Origin: Lama guanicoe
Lineage: Eukaryota
DNA: 64,000 nt
Assembly: GCA_013239625.1 (NCBI GenBank)
Contig: MU054187.1
Coordinates: 23,622,795 to 23,686,794 of the forward strand
Reading direction: 5' to 3'
Of this stretch, positions 38,446 through 51,430 are shown in pieces. The notes under the pieces are model-generated. The model saw nothing but the letters and a program-made list of their open reading frames with translations. It had not been told where the DNA came from and made no database searches. How positions within the stretch are numbered: position 1 is the stretch's first letter; each line of letters starts with the position of its first letter. A program made the translations under genes and the position numbers.

Positions 38446-41400
38446 ATCCTGACATTTCATTTTTATAAATGTTTACAGAGTTCCCTATGGGAACACGGTA
38501 TCTCTCTCTCTTATTAAAGATGATACCAAAAGAAATAACACTTGTAATCTGTCCTAACAAAGTCTACACTTTAAAAGAATACGACATTAGGGTCAGTGAA
38601 GGTACTTCTCAACTCTCTGAAAAAAAGATATTTGGCAGGAATGGAAGGGTGGGCTGACGGTGGGGAAGAGTCAAGCACATTGGAAGGACACCCAGCTTTG
38701 CTGCCTGAATGTAGGTGAGTTTCAGTTCAACGATGTTTCTCTTGCTCAGGACTTCCTTCACATCTTCTTCCCCACTGCTTTGCCCAAGCTGCCTGTGTAA
38801 ACATCTCTGCTAGGCTAATATATATTTTTTTTTTTGCCTGCCTGTAAGAATGATTAAAATGAACCCAGTTCATAGTCAAAAGCCTATACTTAAGATCAGT
38901 AGCTAAAATAGGTTTTCAATTTCAAAATATGATGACTAGCTTACCAAAGTGAGTTTCCAGTGAGTCCACAGTAAGGCACACTAATTCCAGTCTAACACCA
39001 CATCTGGTCTCTCTCCAGCTTGAAAGATCATTCTGTGCCTAAGCCCTCATTCTCTTCCTAAATCTCCCCTTCCTTAGTAGCCTTTTGGTCTAAAAGAAAG
39101 GAAATTACTGGGGGGAAAAAAAAGCAAGACTAAATAAAACCTTATTTGTAAAAAGTATGCCTTCTGAGCAAAATTTTATCTTGTGAGTTCCACACTGCCT
39201 AATGCACAGTAAGTGTTAAATGTTTACAACAAGAGAAAAAGACTTCTAACTCAAAAAATATTTTCATTTCTGACCTGAGCAAAAATGAATCAGGTTACCA
39301 ATGTTCTCCTCTCTCAACAAGTTAGAAATCTGTCATTCCTTTTTATAGAGAAGTATAGTATAAAAGTTGTGATACTGCAGAAAAAAGAAAAAAATATAAA
39401 ACCATCACCCACAGAAAGTAACTTAAGCTTAAAATACCTGATTGAGTTCTAACATATAAATTGCATAGCCATGATTCAGAGATTTTATCTCCCGTTTAGA
39501 ACACCATGAGAATTTTAGAACCAGCTCAAAAGTACAAGGTGCTTCATCTGGTGGCTGCATGAGAAAGCATGCTTTCTACCTTGCACCCTTCCTTCCCTCC
39601 TTTCACGAGTCATATGAGATGATTATAGATAAAGAAACCGGAGGCTGTGACACAGAGACATGCCTTGTCTTGTAGCTGAATTGGCATTTCACCCCGCAGC
39701 TATCTGGCTACAGAGCCAGGATCTTTAGGGAGTCAGAGATGGGTGCTACCTACTTTACAGCATCTCTATAACTATCTGGGTACATGACGCCAAACTCAAG
39801 TTATAGCTTTAGGAAAAAATAAGTTAGGAAAGTGGATGACTCTCAACAGAATTATCTTAAAGAGAATATAGTACATTAGATCAAAAGTTAATGGGAATAT
39901 TATATTAGAAGAACAGAAATGAAAATGATAACGTTCATATACTGATATGGATGCAGTCTGTATAAACTTAAGGCATTTTATATTGCCACATGCCTCTCCC
40001 TAAATTGCTACACCCCTACTGACAGCAAAAGCTACCACAATCTAAAATAATAATAGTACTTTGCAGAATTAATCCTCCAAAGCCTAAATAAATAATTTTA
40101 GGTTGCAGAAAAAATAAAATATACAGAGATCCACTTTATCATTATTTATAATAGAAAAAAGAAATTCCCAGCAATTAGAATGATAGCTGTGTTAACCATG
40201 TTGTAACGTTGACCCCATTAAGTACTACTCAAGTAAGAAAAACACTGACTATTATGAAGATTATTTCAGGAAGAGATATAAAAGCTCACGGTCCATGTTG
40301 GTTCTGTCCCTTTGCTCTAGCTACTAATGGACATCCCATCTTCTCCATCCATACTTCTCAGTGAGACCAGAAACAGTCTAATTTGAAGCTGTCCTCAAGA
40401 ATTCAGTCACTTTGGGAAACTGATGTGAACAAGTTATAATCTAACAAGTAGCTGAATTGTTGGCTGCTTGCTCTGTATCCAAAAAGTCTTATTTATTGCT
40501 ACTACTAAAGGTGGAAAGCATGAGTTTGACCTAGTTGACCAAGTGAAGTGAAAAGCTACGTATGGAAAAAAATGTATACTATGAGGGAGTAGGAAAAACA
40601 GGCCCACAATGATGTCATTGAAAAAAAAAGACCATTAAGACTACTTGAGATGAGAAAAATGTTTCATTTTTTAACCTGCTTTCTACTTTTCTATGTTTCT
40701 AAAATATTGTTCTATTGCTTTGCAAAAAAAAGTACTATTTCTTGTCTATATAGTCATTCATATGAGATACTGCTCTCAGAAAATAATGGGTATATGTTTG
40801 TTTTTGCAAAATAAGGTCACAAATTGAAACATAATGAAGTTAAAGATCTATTTTCCTTGGCTCTTAAGACATCATCAATTCATCTTACTTTTTTACCAGA
40901 AGTTTTATATATTTTCTCTGATTCCTAGAGTCGTTTATTGAAAGTTTCTGAGTAGGCTGCTAAAATATATATTTATATATTTTTCTACTGTTTATAGCTC
41001 TGAGTATTCATGTTACCATAAAAATGAGATATCATCTCTCCATGGTCCAACACCTTAAATGACTTAATTCATTTACAATAATATCCAAAAGACAGATCTC
41101 TTCTACTTCTGCCAAGAAGGAAAGCCAATTAAACAAGACCAAACTATTAAGAGAAAAATCAACATTTCAACTACTGATGGTCAGATGAAATTGAGCAACT
41201 TTAGTATAGATTAAAAATTGTGAAAAAGCATATATAAAATATTAATACAACTATAAGATTGAACAATCCTCATGTTTTGTTAATGAATTCTATCATGTTC
41301 CTCAGTTAACAGGTACTTTAACAATTGGCTATCACTATTTCAGTGACTTAAGAGTAAATTATTCCCATTTGAAGGGCATTATTTATTGTTTTGAATCACA

Positions 41401-41646
41401 TATATCTTCCAATATACTAAATGGCTAATTTTTACATTAGTGATCTCAGATAATTAATGCATTTCAAGAAGTACCTTGTATTCAAGCACCCTGACAGCTC
41501 ATTTCAGTCCAGCCTATCATTGGAAAATGCTGACAATATTTCATACATTTTGTTGAACTATGACTCAAGCACAGGATAAACTTCCCTGCTTTATTAAGTA
41601 GAACATACTGACCCTAATTTAAACATTCCCCTAGATCTTAAGGGCA

Positions 41647-41714
41647 TCACACATTACAAACAACTGTGTTACCATGATAATCACTCACTACAAACAATTG
41701 TGTTCCCATGATAA
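41647..41714. repeat. 34-bp tandem duplication
   Basis: TCACACATTACAAACAACTGTGTTACCATGATAA / TCACTCACTACAAACAATTGTGTTCCCATGATAA (30/34). Confidence 0.9.
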
Positions 41715-42284
41715 AGTGTTAGGTACACACACCCCACAATGGGCTGGGCCTTTTCTAATTTTGGTTATTTAGTTTATTCAGATTACAAAACATTTAGGAG
41801 ACAAAAATGTCACCTCCGATTCAAATATTGTGTCCCATGGACAGTCATAATACCCATCCCAGAAAAAAAAAGTTATTATATATCCAACACTCCAGTTTTA
41901 TGAAGGGAAAACCCCTCTACAATTTAAAACTGTACTTTATCTTTAAACTACAGTCCCCTGAACTCGTGTCCTGCCATTCATTTTTCACTATCATACTTGA
42001 TCACATAATCAATACTTCTTGCTCTGTATCACTACTCAGAGGTTATGTTTCCCACCCAGCCACTCAATTAAAACTCCTCTCATTCAGACTCTCTAGCAAC
42101 CACTGGGCAAAAGAGATATCAGGCAAAGGAGCTCATGACTCATCATCCATCTCTAATATTAGAGAAGTACCTCAAAGCACTTCCCACTAGATACAGACAG
42201 ACAGATCCCATAGACGCCATACATAGCTACATACACATATATGTGTATATATGCTGTACAACCATCCACAGGTAGAAAAAGAAG

Positions 42285-42935
42285 ATAACAATATTTCCTG
42301 AGTCTATCCGAGGCACTGAGCATTACACCTAGCATGAAACACACTTTATATTATTTAATCCCCAGAGCAAACCTGTCAGCTTATAAATTGAAGGGGCAAA
42401 ACCCACAAAGGGACCAGCCAGACCTCCCAAGCAGGGCCATTGCTTTTCCTGCTTTTGCGTTTCTGTAAAATGGCTTGCTTCTAGGAAAACGAAGCTTACT
42501 CCTAAAATTCCATTGGTTCCTGAAATCTCACTCCTGATTGGTCCATTTCTAACACCTCATTTGCATATAGTGCAAACTTAATCGAAAACTAAAACCCCAT
42601 AAAAGCCTGTGTAAACCTACAGACGAGGTCCAGAGCTTGGCGTGTTAATTCCCCTGGGCCAGCTGGGGTAATAAACCTGAGTTCTCCAACCCTCCGAGTG
42701 TCGCTTGGTCTCTAGTCGGGATTCAGGTTGCTGTAACAAAATAACTTAAGATTCAGAGAGTAACGTGATTAAGATTCCTTAGGTAGTAACTCTAAAGACT
42801 GAGTTCCTTAAGACACTAGGTCTCCTGTCTGTGTATCCCAGTGCCTAGCACAGGGACAAAACAAGGCTGTTTCAATGTTGGGGAATAAAGTAACATTTGA
42901 ACTCTGATCAGTTCAAGCCACACCTCCATTCTTGC
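42285..42935 (-). mobile_element. MIR host split by an LTR and an L2-like fragment
   Basis: 'ctgagtcta…aggcactg…tattatttaatcc…aacctgt' [LTR] 'aacttaagattcagagag' [L2-like ~42797-42890] 'atttgaactc…cattctt'. Confidence 0.6.
42389..42738 (+). mobile_element. Comparatively young ERV1 (gammaretrovirus-like) solo LTR, 350 bp
   Basis: TG…CA termini with a perfect 4-bp TSD AAAT (42385-88 / 42739-42). Reverse CCAAT boxes at 42512 and 42537, octamer ATTTGCAT 42559-66, CATAAAA 42598-604, AATAAA 42670-75. Confidence 0.9.
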
Positions 42936-43973
42936 CAAAAAGAAGAAACAAATGAAATTATAAAATATAAAACGTTCATATGATGTGCAGCAGTGAGATA
43001 AATTGTCAAGAGAAAAAGGTAGACCTAGGAAACATAAAAGCTGTAAACTTCTTAATAAATAATAAAATGTACTTGAATTTAGCTCTACAGAAGACGGCCA
43101 GACATTTTTTACGTGACAGGCTTGACTAAAGAAACAAAACTAAGTCCACATATATTAAAGCCAAAAAAGATAAGTATTTTTTTAATCTCCTTTTTGCAAG
43201 GTTTTCCATGAGCTTGGCATGGTAACATGGTCTGTCAACCAATATTACACTTTATAAAACTCTAAAGCATCTTTCTGGAACTTCTGCAGAAACAGAGGTT
43301 GATCCACCCACTTTTGTTTTACTGCCTCTGCATCCATTAGGCAGAAAGTACACATCTTAAAGACTCCCTGCTGTTAGAAGAATTGCTCAGTACTCAGCAC
43401 AATTTGAATTTTCAGGTTTGCTGGCTTCTATCAAGACAGCAGAAGTAACACAGGCTGTTGGCTGCTTCCTTTGTAGATTTCTGAGTTTCTTTGGGCTTTG
43501 CAAGCATTTTAAACTCCTTGTTTTCAAAACCTTCTTTTCAGGTAATTGGCAATTTTGGAGTAAGTTAAAGTTTTTGAATTCCGGAAGAGTGCTTATCCAC
43601 CGCTGTCTTTGCTACCACAGTTCTTATGTAAATTACAAATATAGGAAATCAACTGTGAGAATCAACACCCTCTGCTCTATGCATTATAACAATGTCATTT
43701 TCCACTGTCCGGAGAAATAGGTTCAAAAGCAAACAGAGCATCAAGAAAGATGCAATTGCTTAAATAAAGAAAAAAAAGCAATTCAACTGTTCTTTCCTTT
43801 TTAGATATCTCACTATGCTGACTTCAGTGTTCCAAAGGCATTTACCCTTTCAGATGCATCACAGTATATATAAACTGTTCTGGCGTATTACTTAAAACAA
43901 GCCCTAAATTACAGGGTGGCCGAGGCAGAGAGGGGCTCTGGAAGGACACAAGGACACATTCCCATCTGCTCTG

Positions 43974-44380
43974 TTTACTAGTGTGCTAGGGCTGAAGTCA
44001 ATGAGGTACCACAAATTGGTGGCTTAAACAGCAAAGACGCATCGTCTTATAGTTCTGGAGGCTAGACGTCCGATACCCAGGCATTGGTGGGGCTGTTTCC
44101 TTCTGGGGGCGGAGGACAGAGTCGGTTGCTGACCTCTCTCCTTGGACTGTACGCAGCCAGCTTCTCTGTATGCCTCTTTCTGTCACTTTTCCCTGGATGC
44201 ACATCCCCGTGTCCATATTTCCCCTATTTATAAGGACACCAGTCATATTGTAAATCTAATGATTTCACTTCATCTTAATTTCCTCTGTAAAAACTATCTC
44301 CATTTGAGGTCACATTCTGAAGAATCGGGTGTTAGGACTTCAAAATATAAATTTGCAGGTACACAATCCAACCCACAACA
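43974..44380 (-). mobile_element. MLT1 (MaLR, MLT1A/B-like) solo LTR
   Basis: 'gctagggctg…gtaccacaaattggtggcttaaaca…agttctggaggctag…ttataaggacaccagtcatattg…ggtcacattctgaag…gttaggacttcaa…acccacaaca'. Confidence 0.9.
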
Positions 44381-45169
44381 TCACCTAATCAGGGATTGGC
44401 ATTTACAAATCCTCTACAAAAATGTGTAATGTGCAAAAGTATTGGTATGTTTTTCCACTACAAACTCCCTACAAAAGTATACAGTTCTACATACTTGTGT
44501 ATTTGTGTATATGTACATATACATGCATATGTCAGTTTAGGTCAGGGCTAGACACAGGAAAGCAGCCAAGAAATACTTAGCAGAAATAAGTCCATATTTT
44601 TGATTATGCACAAATGCTTTGCATGTTTTAAATATTAGCAAGCTAGAGCAGACATTGGAAGAGTATCATGAACTGAGCAGCTCAGTGTCAGGCACACGTA
44701 GGTGATTACCTCAGTTCTCAGAACAACCCTTTGGGACATGATTCAGGCCATGGCCAGGCCCGCCATGCTCAGCGTCTCCTGGGCCCTGGACACAGCAGGC
44801 ACATAACTGCCATTCCACCAATCAATCAGTTACACAGTGGTGGTTATGTGGCTTTTGTGTGATGGCTAAGCATATTCTATAACATGGGGCTGTTCCAGCA
44901 TGGTGTATTGCAAAAAATATTGCCTTAAATCAAATCTTAGGTAATTTACACAAACATATAAAGAAAATCACGCTACAATTTCAGATAGCAGGGAGGGAAA
45001 TCCCTGAGAGCTCGTGATGACTTGGCAGGATGTCACCTCATATCACCCCTCCCCAAGTATGTCCACCACGATGGAGTCGGAGACCTGCGAGACTCATCAT
45101 ATGTCCCATTTGATGCTATCTAGGTCAATGCCTTCAAGTTCACTGCAGAAAAGTTTAATTTGAATATAA

Positions 45170-45345
45170 TCAATGTTCCTGAGCATTAACTCAGTTCTCA
45201 GGTAGACAAAGTCATGGTAGAAATTATCATTTTCATTTTTCAGAAAAAGACACTAAGCAGCGGAGGTCAAGCAGCTATGCAAGCTCATAGACGAGTAACT
45301 TAGCTAGGACACGGTGTGCACTATGGTCCCGGCCCAGGTCCATTC
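45170..45345 (-). mobile_element. MIR SINE
   Basis: 'cctgagcattaact…ttatcattttcatttttcaga…actaagcagcggaggtcaagcagct'. Confidence 0.65.
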
Positions 45346-45347
45346 TG

Positions 45348-46303
45348 CATTGTAACTCAGTAACAAAAAAACAAACAAACAAACAATCCAATCAAAAAAA
45401 TGGTCAGAAGACCTAATTTTCCAATGAAGACATAAAAATGGCCGATAGGCACAGGAAACAATGCTCAATATGGCTGATTGTCAGAGAAATGCAAATCAAA
45501 GCTACAATGAGGTATCACCTCACACCAGTCAGCATGGCCATCATTCAAAAGTCCACAAATGACAAATGCTGGAGAGGCTGTGGAGAAAGGGGAGCCCTCC
45601 TACACCGCTGGTGGGAGTATAGTTTGGCGCAGCCATTATGGAAAACAGTATGAGGTTCCTTAAGGAACTGAAAACAGACTTACCCTATGATCTAGCATTC
45701 CCACTCCTGGGCATATATCCAGAGGAAACTCCAATTCAAAAAGATACATGCAGCACTATTTACAATAGCCAAGTCATGGAAACAACCTAAATGTCCATAG
45801 ACAGATGATTGGATATAGAAGCTGTGATATATTTATACAATGGAACGCTAATCAGTCACAAAAAAATACTAAAATAATACCATTTGTAGCAACATGGATG
45901 GACCTGAAGATCGTCATACTAAGTAAAGTAAGCCAGAAAAAGAAAGAAAAAATACCATATCACCTATATGTGGAATCTTTTTAAAAAACAAGAAAACAAA
46001 TGAACTTATTTACAAAACAGGGACAGACTCACAGACATAGAAAACAAACTTCTGGTTACCAGTAGGGAAAGAGGGTAGGGAGCATTAAATTGGGAGTTCA
46101 AGATTTGCAGATACTAACTACTATATATAAAACAGATAAACAAGGTCCTAACGTACAGCACAGAGAACTAGCTACATGCAATACCTTGTAATGGCCTATA
46201 ATGAAAAAGAATATGCAAAGGAATATATGTATATATGACTGAATCACTATGCTGTACTCCAGAAATTGACAACATTGTAAACTGACTATACTTCAACTAA
46301 AAA
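45348..46303 (+). mobile_element. 5'-truncated camelid-type L1 (ORF2 C-terminus + 3'UTR)
   Basis: ORF 45438-45653 (…[16 protein letters not shown]…KCWRGCGE…QPLWKTV) is the ORF2p C-terminus. The 3'UTR is homologous to 10330-10750. There is a 17-bp deletion near 45752 relative to the 10 kb copy. Confidence 0.93.
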
Positions 46304-46717
46304 GAGACACTCTGAAAGCCAGAGACTGCCTGAGTCACTGATAATTCAATTGTGAATAAGGCATCTCATCTCATCTTTGTTCTGAGAATGTAACTTTTTA
46401 TCTAATCCATCACTGCAGGGAGATTTATGCTTTGGAAGAAAGTCATATTATCAGAACAAAAAGCTGAAAAGTAACGTTACATTTCAGACAATCTTTGTGC
46501 AATCCAAAAAAGTTTGGTGGTAGAATTTTCCAAAGCACATGAAAGCAAATACATGCTGACAACTGGGGCTTTAGGAAAACAAACAAACAAAAAATAGAGT
46601 TGGATAACCTGGTTATCAGAGTAATCGAGAATCTGTCACAAATGTGCTCCGTGTTCAGGACCATTATCTTTTATTTCCCGAATTGCTTTCTCACTTATAC
46701 AATCAGAGTTTGCTTCA

Positions 46718-46912
46718 TTGGTATTTCTCCATAGGGAATAATTGGTATTCTGTAAAAGATAATTCTTCATGCAGAACAATTCCAAACACTGTAAGACCTT
46801 TAGAATCTCTGCCCTCCCAAAATGCTAAAAGTGTCCCCGTTACTATGACAAACAAAAATGCCCCTACCTTCTTCCAAATCCCCTCTTCAGCCCTCTGGCT
46901 AGGAACCAGTAG
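46718..46912. mobile_element. hAT-Charlie MITE (MER20/MER112-like)
   Basis: 'gataattctt…tgacaaacaaaaatgcccc…ttccaaatcccct…ggctaggaaccagt'. Confidence 0.6.
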
Positions 46913-47864
46913 ACTAGACTAAAGTCTTAATTTCCCTCCAGCCTTTGATTCTGTCATATATAGATGTGTTTATGTCTATCGGACTAACAATATCTAGTTA
47001 TTACTGAATATGCTATTCCTCGACAAAACATTCTTCAGTTGAAAAAAGGTGACAAGCAAGTTGGGGTTGAATAACTTTTTAAAAATCGCAGTATTTTTAG
47101 CAGTTTGGGAGATTAGGTAGCATAAATTTAACATTTTATAGATCAGACAACATGGTGAAATTGTCACATAAGAAATAGGTTTCCTACCACCTCATCCAGG
47201 GTTCTTTTGGTGGCATCATATTTCCACCCATCTGACACCCAGTTTTCCCAAGTTCCCTCCTACTATGGAAAAAATGGGCATTTTCACAACTTGGGAAATT
47301 TTTCATAGCAGTATAGTTGCACTTAAAATGCTCTCTAAGAGAACATCTACTTAGTAGTTTGTAGAAACATAAAAAGAAATGTACCAAAATGTGCCTACCC
47401 GAAGTGAGCAACTGTTCGGTTGTTTAATGGGATGCCCCAGAGCATGAAAAAGGGAACATACTGCCATCTTTTTCTAACCAGTTTTATCATTTGGATGTCA
47501 ATCATGCTGAATCAGTGGCAATTACCTTCAAAAAGCTATTTCACGACTCCTGAAAACCTTTGCTTTCTACACCTCCTCACAGAAACTGGCCACACTAGTG
47601 GAGAATCTAACTATTCTAAAAATAGGCCCAGAAACAAGAAGAACACAGGAAATGAATATGCACACAGGAAGGGGATGCTTCCATGGTGGGCGCTAATTTA
47701 TATGGCACCCATGGGAAACTGAGATTTCATTCTTAGTCATTCTGCATTTTGCTGCCTCTCACCTGCCCACAAATATTATGAATTTCCATTTGATTTTAGA
47801 TAGGAAGATATATATACATATATGAGAGAGCGCCCTAATATTTTTATAGAATTTTACAAAGCAC

Positions 47865-48070
47865 AAAACACTAGAAAGCATGACCATTCAAGTCTTAGAA
47901 AATTCTGGGGGGTGATCTATTGCCAGTGTACAGCTGAGAAAACGAGGAAGAGTCCAAAACCTTAAGTAATTTGCCCCAAACATTACTGATAGTAGTGGCC
48001 GAGTCTTAAATCTAAATCTGTTCACTTCAGATTTCAAGCACTTCCCTTTAACCAAGACTCTACCATACCA
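47865..48070 (-). mobile_element. MIR SINE
   Basis: 'gtacagctgagaaaacgagg…ttaagtaatttgcccc…agtagtggccgag…ctgttcacttc…tttaacca'. Confidence 0.75.
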
Positions 48071-50557
48071 AATCACGTGATTTCTCTGCTGACAGAAAAC
48101 CTTTGCGCTTACGAATTTGCCACCTCCCTACAGCAGATTGTGTGCTGCTGTAGACTAAGAACCACACCTGCCCTGCTTTTATAAATCCAACACAACATCT
48201 GTGCAAAGCGGCACTGAATAAATACTCATTCAATGCATCAAAAAGAAAGCCATCTCAGGGTTAGTTGTGAATATTCCTCTCTACGTTAAAAATCAAGGGT
48301 TGCAGAATTATCAGATACAGCACGTGGTGGAATGACGTAATAGCTAAATACTGAAAGAAAAACTCATGAGGAAATTTAGACCGTATTATATTCAGCACTG
48401 TCAAATTTGTGTATTCATCATCGTTTATTAACAAATAAATAAAAAGCTGAAAATACAGAAATTAATGGGAAAATATTTTTTTAAAGTTTTAACTGTTTCT
48501 AAAATTCTCACCACACTGGGATTCAATGACACTGAAAACTACGTTATCATTGTATACTAGTGTGAATGAAGAAGTCGAAGGAAAGAAATTGTGGTTCTTA
48601 AAATGGTGTATATAGAAAAAAGGTAGATTTAAATAAGCCATTCTCTTATGAGACAGAAAGATTCTGCCAAATATACTAGCATCTCCAACAGACAACAGAT
48701 TTTCCAGCAAGAATTCATTCATTCTTCTATTCAACAAGCAGGCCTGCAAACACAAGGGAGAACTTTAAAGAGTGTGTAGTGTAATTCCATTATTTGCATA
48801 CATTTTTTCAGACAATTCTTTTTCCCCTTCAAAATCTTACTAGGCAGTCTAAAACATAAAAGAGAGAAAACAGAAGCTGCTCTGGTTTAAAGGCGTGGGG
48901 CGGGGGCCAGAATCATAAAAACTCAACTTCCCTTTTCCTTTGGAAGCCAGTTTCTTTCCAGAAGTCAGTTAGAAAAATCATTGGTCTAGTCTCTCAAACA
49001 CCTGGATTTTAAGCAAAGGTCCTGATTTTCCTTCTTGTGCATGTGATGGACATTGATGCAAATGCATTGTGTTCATTCTCACGCTATTTTTCACTCAGTT
49101 TCTTCCCAAATCCCTTACTTTTTTTTTATTGTCCTTTGTGTCTTAATATTGACACCTCCCATGCTGATAACGTTGAGCACTCTGCCGTGGTTCTCAGCTT
49201 CACCCCCTATGCAATGTCAGGCTGAGTTTCTCACGGGACCTTGGGATGGGGAACCTGTGCAGAGCTCCTCATGCCTGGGAAGCTAAAGCACTGGGTTGTA
49301 AATAACAGACAGCCAGAAACCACTGTGCTTGCTGGTAAAGGAGAGATGCTTACAGAGGTTTCAAAACAGACCACAGAAGAGTATTGGTAATGTCCCGAGC
49401 GGTTCCTACATTAGCATTCCACTGTCTTAATACTTTTGAAACTTTTTTTTCATGGAAAATAATAATAATCTGTTGTTAGTATATTGTGATAAAGTTTAAA
49501 GTCACTCAGGTGTTCCTGTCAGGGCCCTGAGAAGATGTGACCAATACTTGATGTGAAGTGTAACTTGCTGACAGGGAGACATTCAGGCTTCAACTGAAGC
49601 TGCCAAAGGGGCTTGATCCAGGCATTTAAGCCCAAGCAGCAATGACCCTGTTACGAACATCACTGCCTGTCTTTCACTGTGACTGCCCCCCGCCATAAGG
49701 AGAGACTATCACAGGGCAACCAGGATGAGCCATGGCAACAGTAGACAAGGACCCTGCACTGATCTTGGGGATGAAAGAGGGAAACACAGAGAGAAGAAAG
49801 GAATGACATATTTACTCAGAAACACACAAAAAACCTAACGTTATTTTGTGCCTTCAAAATCTGCTGGTATTTCTTTTAAAACTCATCAAACCTTACTGGT
49901 CTTACATAATTAGTTGTTTTCCCAGTTGAGCTCCTAGGGGGACTTGGCTTACTTGAATCAGAACCCAAACAAATTCCAGACATTCAGGCAATCATTTAAA
50001 AGATGGACAAGTAAGCACACCTCCCTTGTCTACCGTTCTGTATTCACAGGATCTGGTAGAGTGCCTGGCACTTGCTAGATGTATAGACACAAAATAAATG
50101 AGACTAAATTAAAGTAGGCACACTTGCTTTGGACCTAGAATACCATTTAAATCCCAAGAGAGCTTAGTATAAAATGAAGGAGGAAAAACATAGTACTTTT
50201 TGGGAGAATGTGCCAAAACTATCAAAGCAGATAAAAGAAAGAAGTGACAATTTATGGATTACAAAACTGACATAAAAGTGACTGTACTTATGAGAAACTT
50301 CAACTACTTATGATCTACTAGAATTCTAGTTAACAATGGGAGAACGCTGAGGGACACTTGGCCCTTGACGTACGTTGTACCATTCTTCCATCACTTGGAT
50401 TACAGAAGCAAATAAAGGAACTTCTTCTCTAGATGTGACTCTGACCAAAAAGTAAACAACTAAATAAAATGTTTCAATGAACTGCATACAGGAGGAATTT
50501 TGATACAAAGTCATTTATATATGAGCTAATAGATGGCCCTTTGGCATTGAATTTACA

Positions 50558-50626
50558 GACAACATGTAAGCTCACTTGAAAACAGATTTGGGCAGATAAA
50601 CCGCCCAAATGTAAAAGATTCAATCT
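50558..50626. repeat. 69-bp dispersed direct repeat, copy A
   Basis: 58/69 identical, ungapped, to 52471-52539. Confidence 0.92.
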
Positions 50627-50909
50627 CTAGTCATGGATTCAGATTTAGGAAAAGTGGATTCCAAAGTTTCAGATAAAATTTTTAGGAAGACCCTGTGTGT
50701 GTGTATATATATATGGCTAAAATGGAAAATATCTCAAAATTGAGACCCAAATAAACAAAAAAAAATGTTGAAAGGTAAAGAGCAAAATGATAACAGCAGC
50801 CACAAAACAAATAAAGGAACTTGCTAGATAATAAAAAGCTTAAGTATGTACAATTTGTATCTCTATATATATTGCATTCTATATGGCATATATATTATAT
50901 ATATATATG

Positions 50910-51080
50910 GCTTTGGGTCCTCAGAAGGCTGGTTCTGAACACTAGGTCAGCAGCTTAAGAGGTATTTAAGTTCTCAACTTGTCCATCTAAAAATGGAGAC
51001 AATACCTACCTCATAAAGCTTTTATGGAAGCTAAATGAGAGAATGTATACAAGGCGGTTAGCACAGTTCATGGCGTATGC
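50910..51080 (+). mobile_element. MIR SINE
   Basis: 'ctcaacttgtccatctaaaaatggagacaatacctacctcataaagc…taaatgagagaatgtatacaaggcggttagcacagt'. Confidence 0.85.
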
Positions 51081-51276
51081 AACACACACAGTTACACACA
51101 CGTGCATGCTTGTGTGTGTACATGTGTGAGTGTGTATGAGTGTCATGGTCAGTGTCAGACTAACAGTAGTGTTGTCATTGTCATCAGGCCATCACAATAG
51201 GAGCACCATTATCATTATTATTTATAGCACCACAGCAGCATCATCAAGATCTTCACCATTATCCCCAATAATCTTC

Positions 51277-51430
51277 ATTTAAAAAAATTATCTTTTTATG
51301 AATTTATTTTGTTGGGGAGGAGGTAATTAGACTCATGTACTTATTTATTTTTTAATGGAGGTAGTGGGGAATGAACCCAGGACCTCTTTCTCACATGCTA
51401 GGCATGCACGCTACCACTGCGCTGTGCCCC
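51277..51430 (-). mobile_element. Vic-1-type camelid tRNA-derived SINE
   Basis: Minus strand 'ggggcacagcgcagtggtagcgtgcatgcctagcatg…gaggtcctgggttcattccccactacctccattaaaaaataaataa…ctaattacctcctcccc' with A- and B-boxes. TSD AATAATCTTC (51267-76) / AATAATGTTC (51431-40). Confidence 0.88.

Noticed and set aside
43389..43610. Stop-free minus-strand frame (…LQNCQLPEKKVLKTRSLKCLQSPKKLRNLQRKQ…)
   Set aside because: No start codon, no convincing splice sites and no recognisable homology.
51340..51430. tRNA gene
   Set aside because: The tRNA-like head belongs to a SINE with an A-rich tail and TSD.
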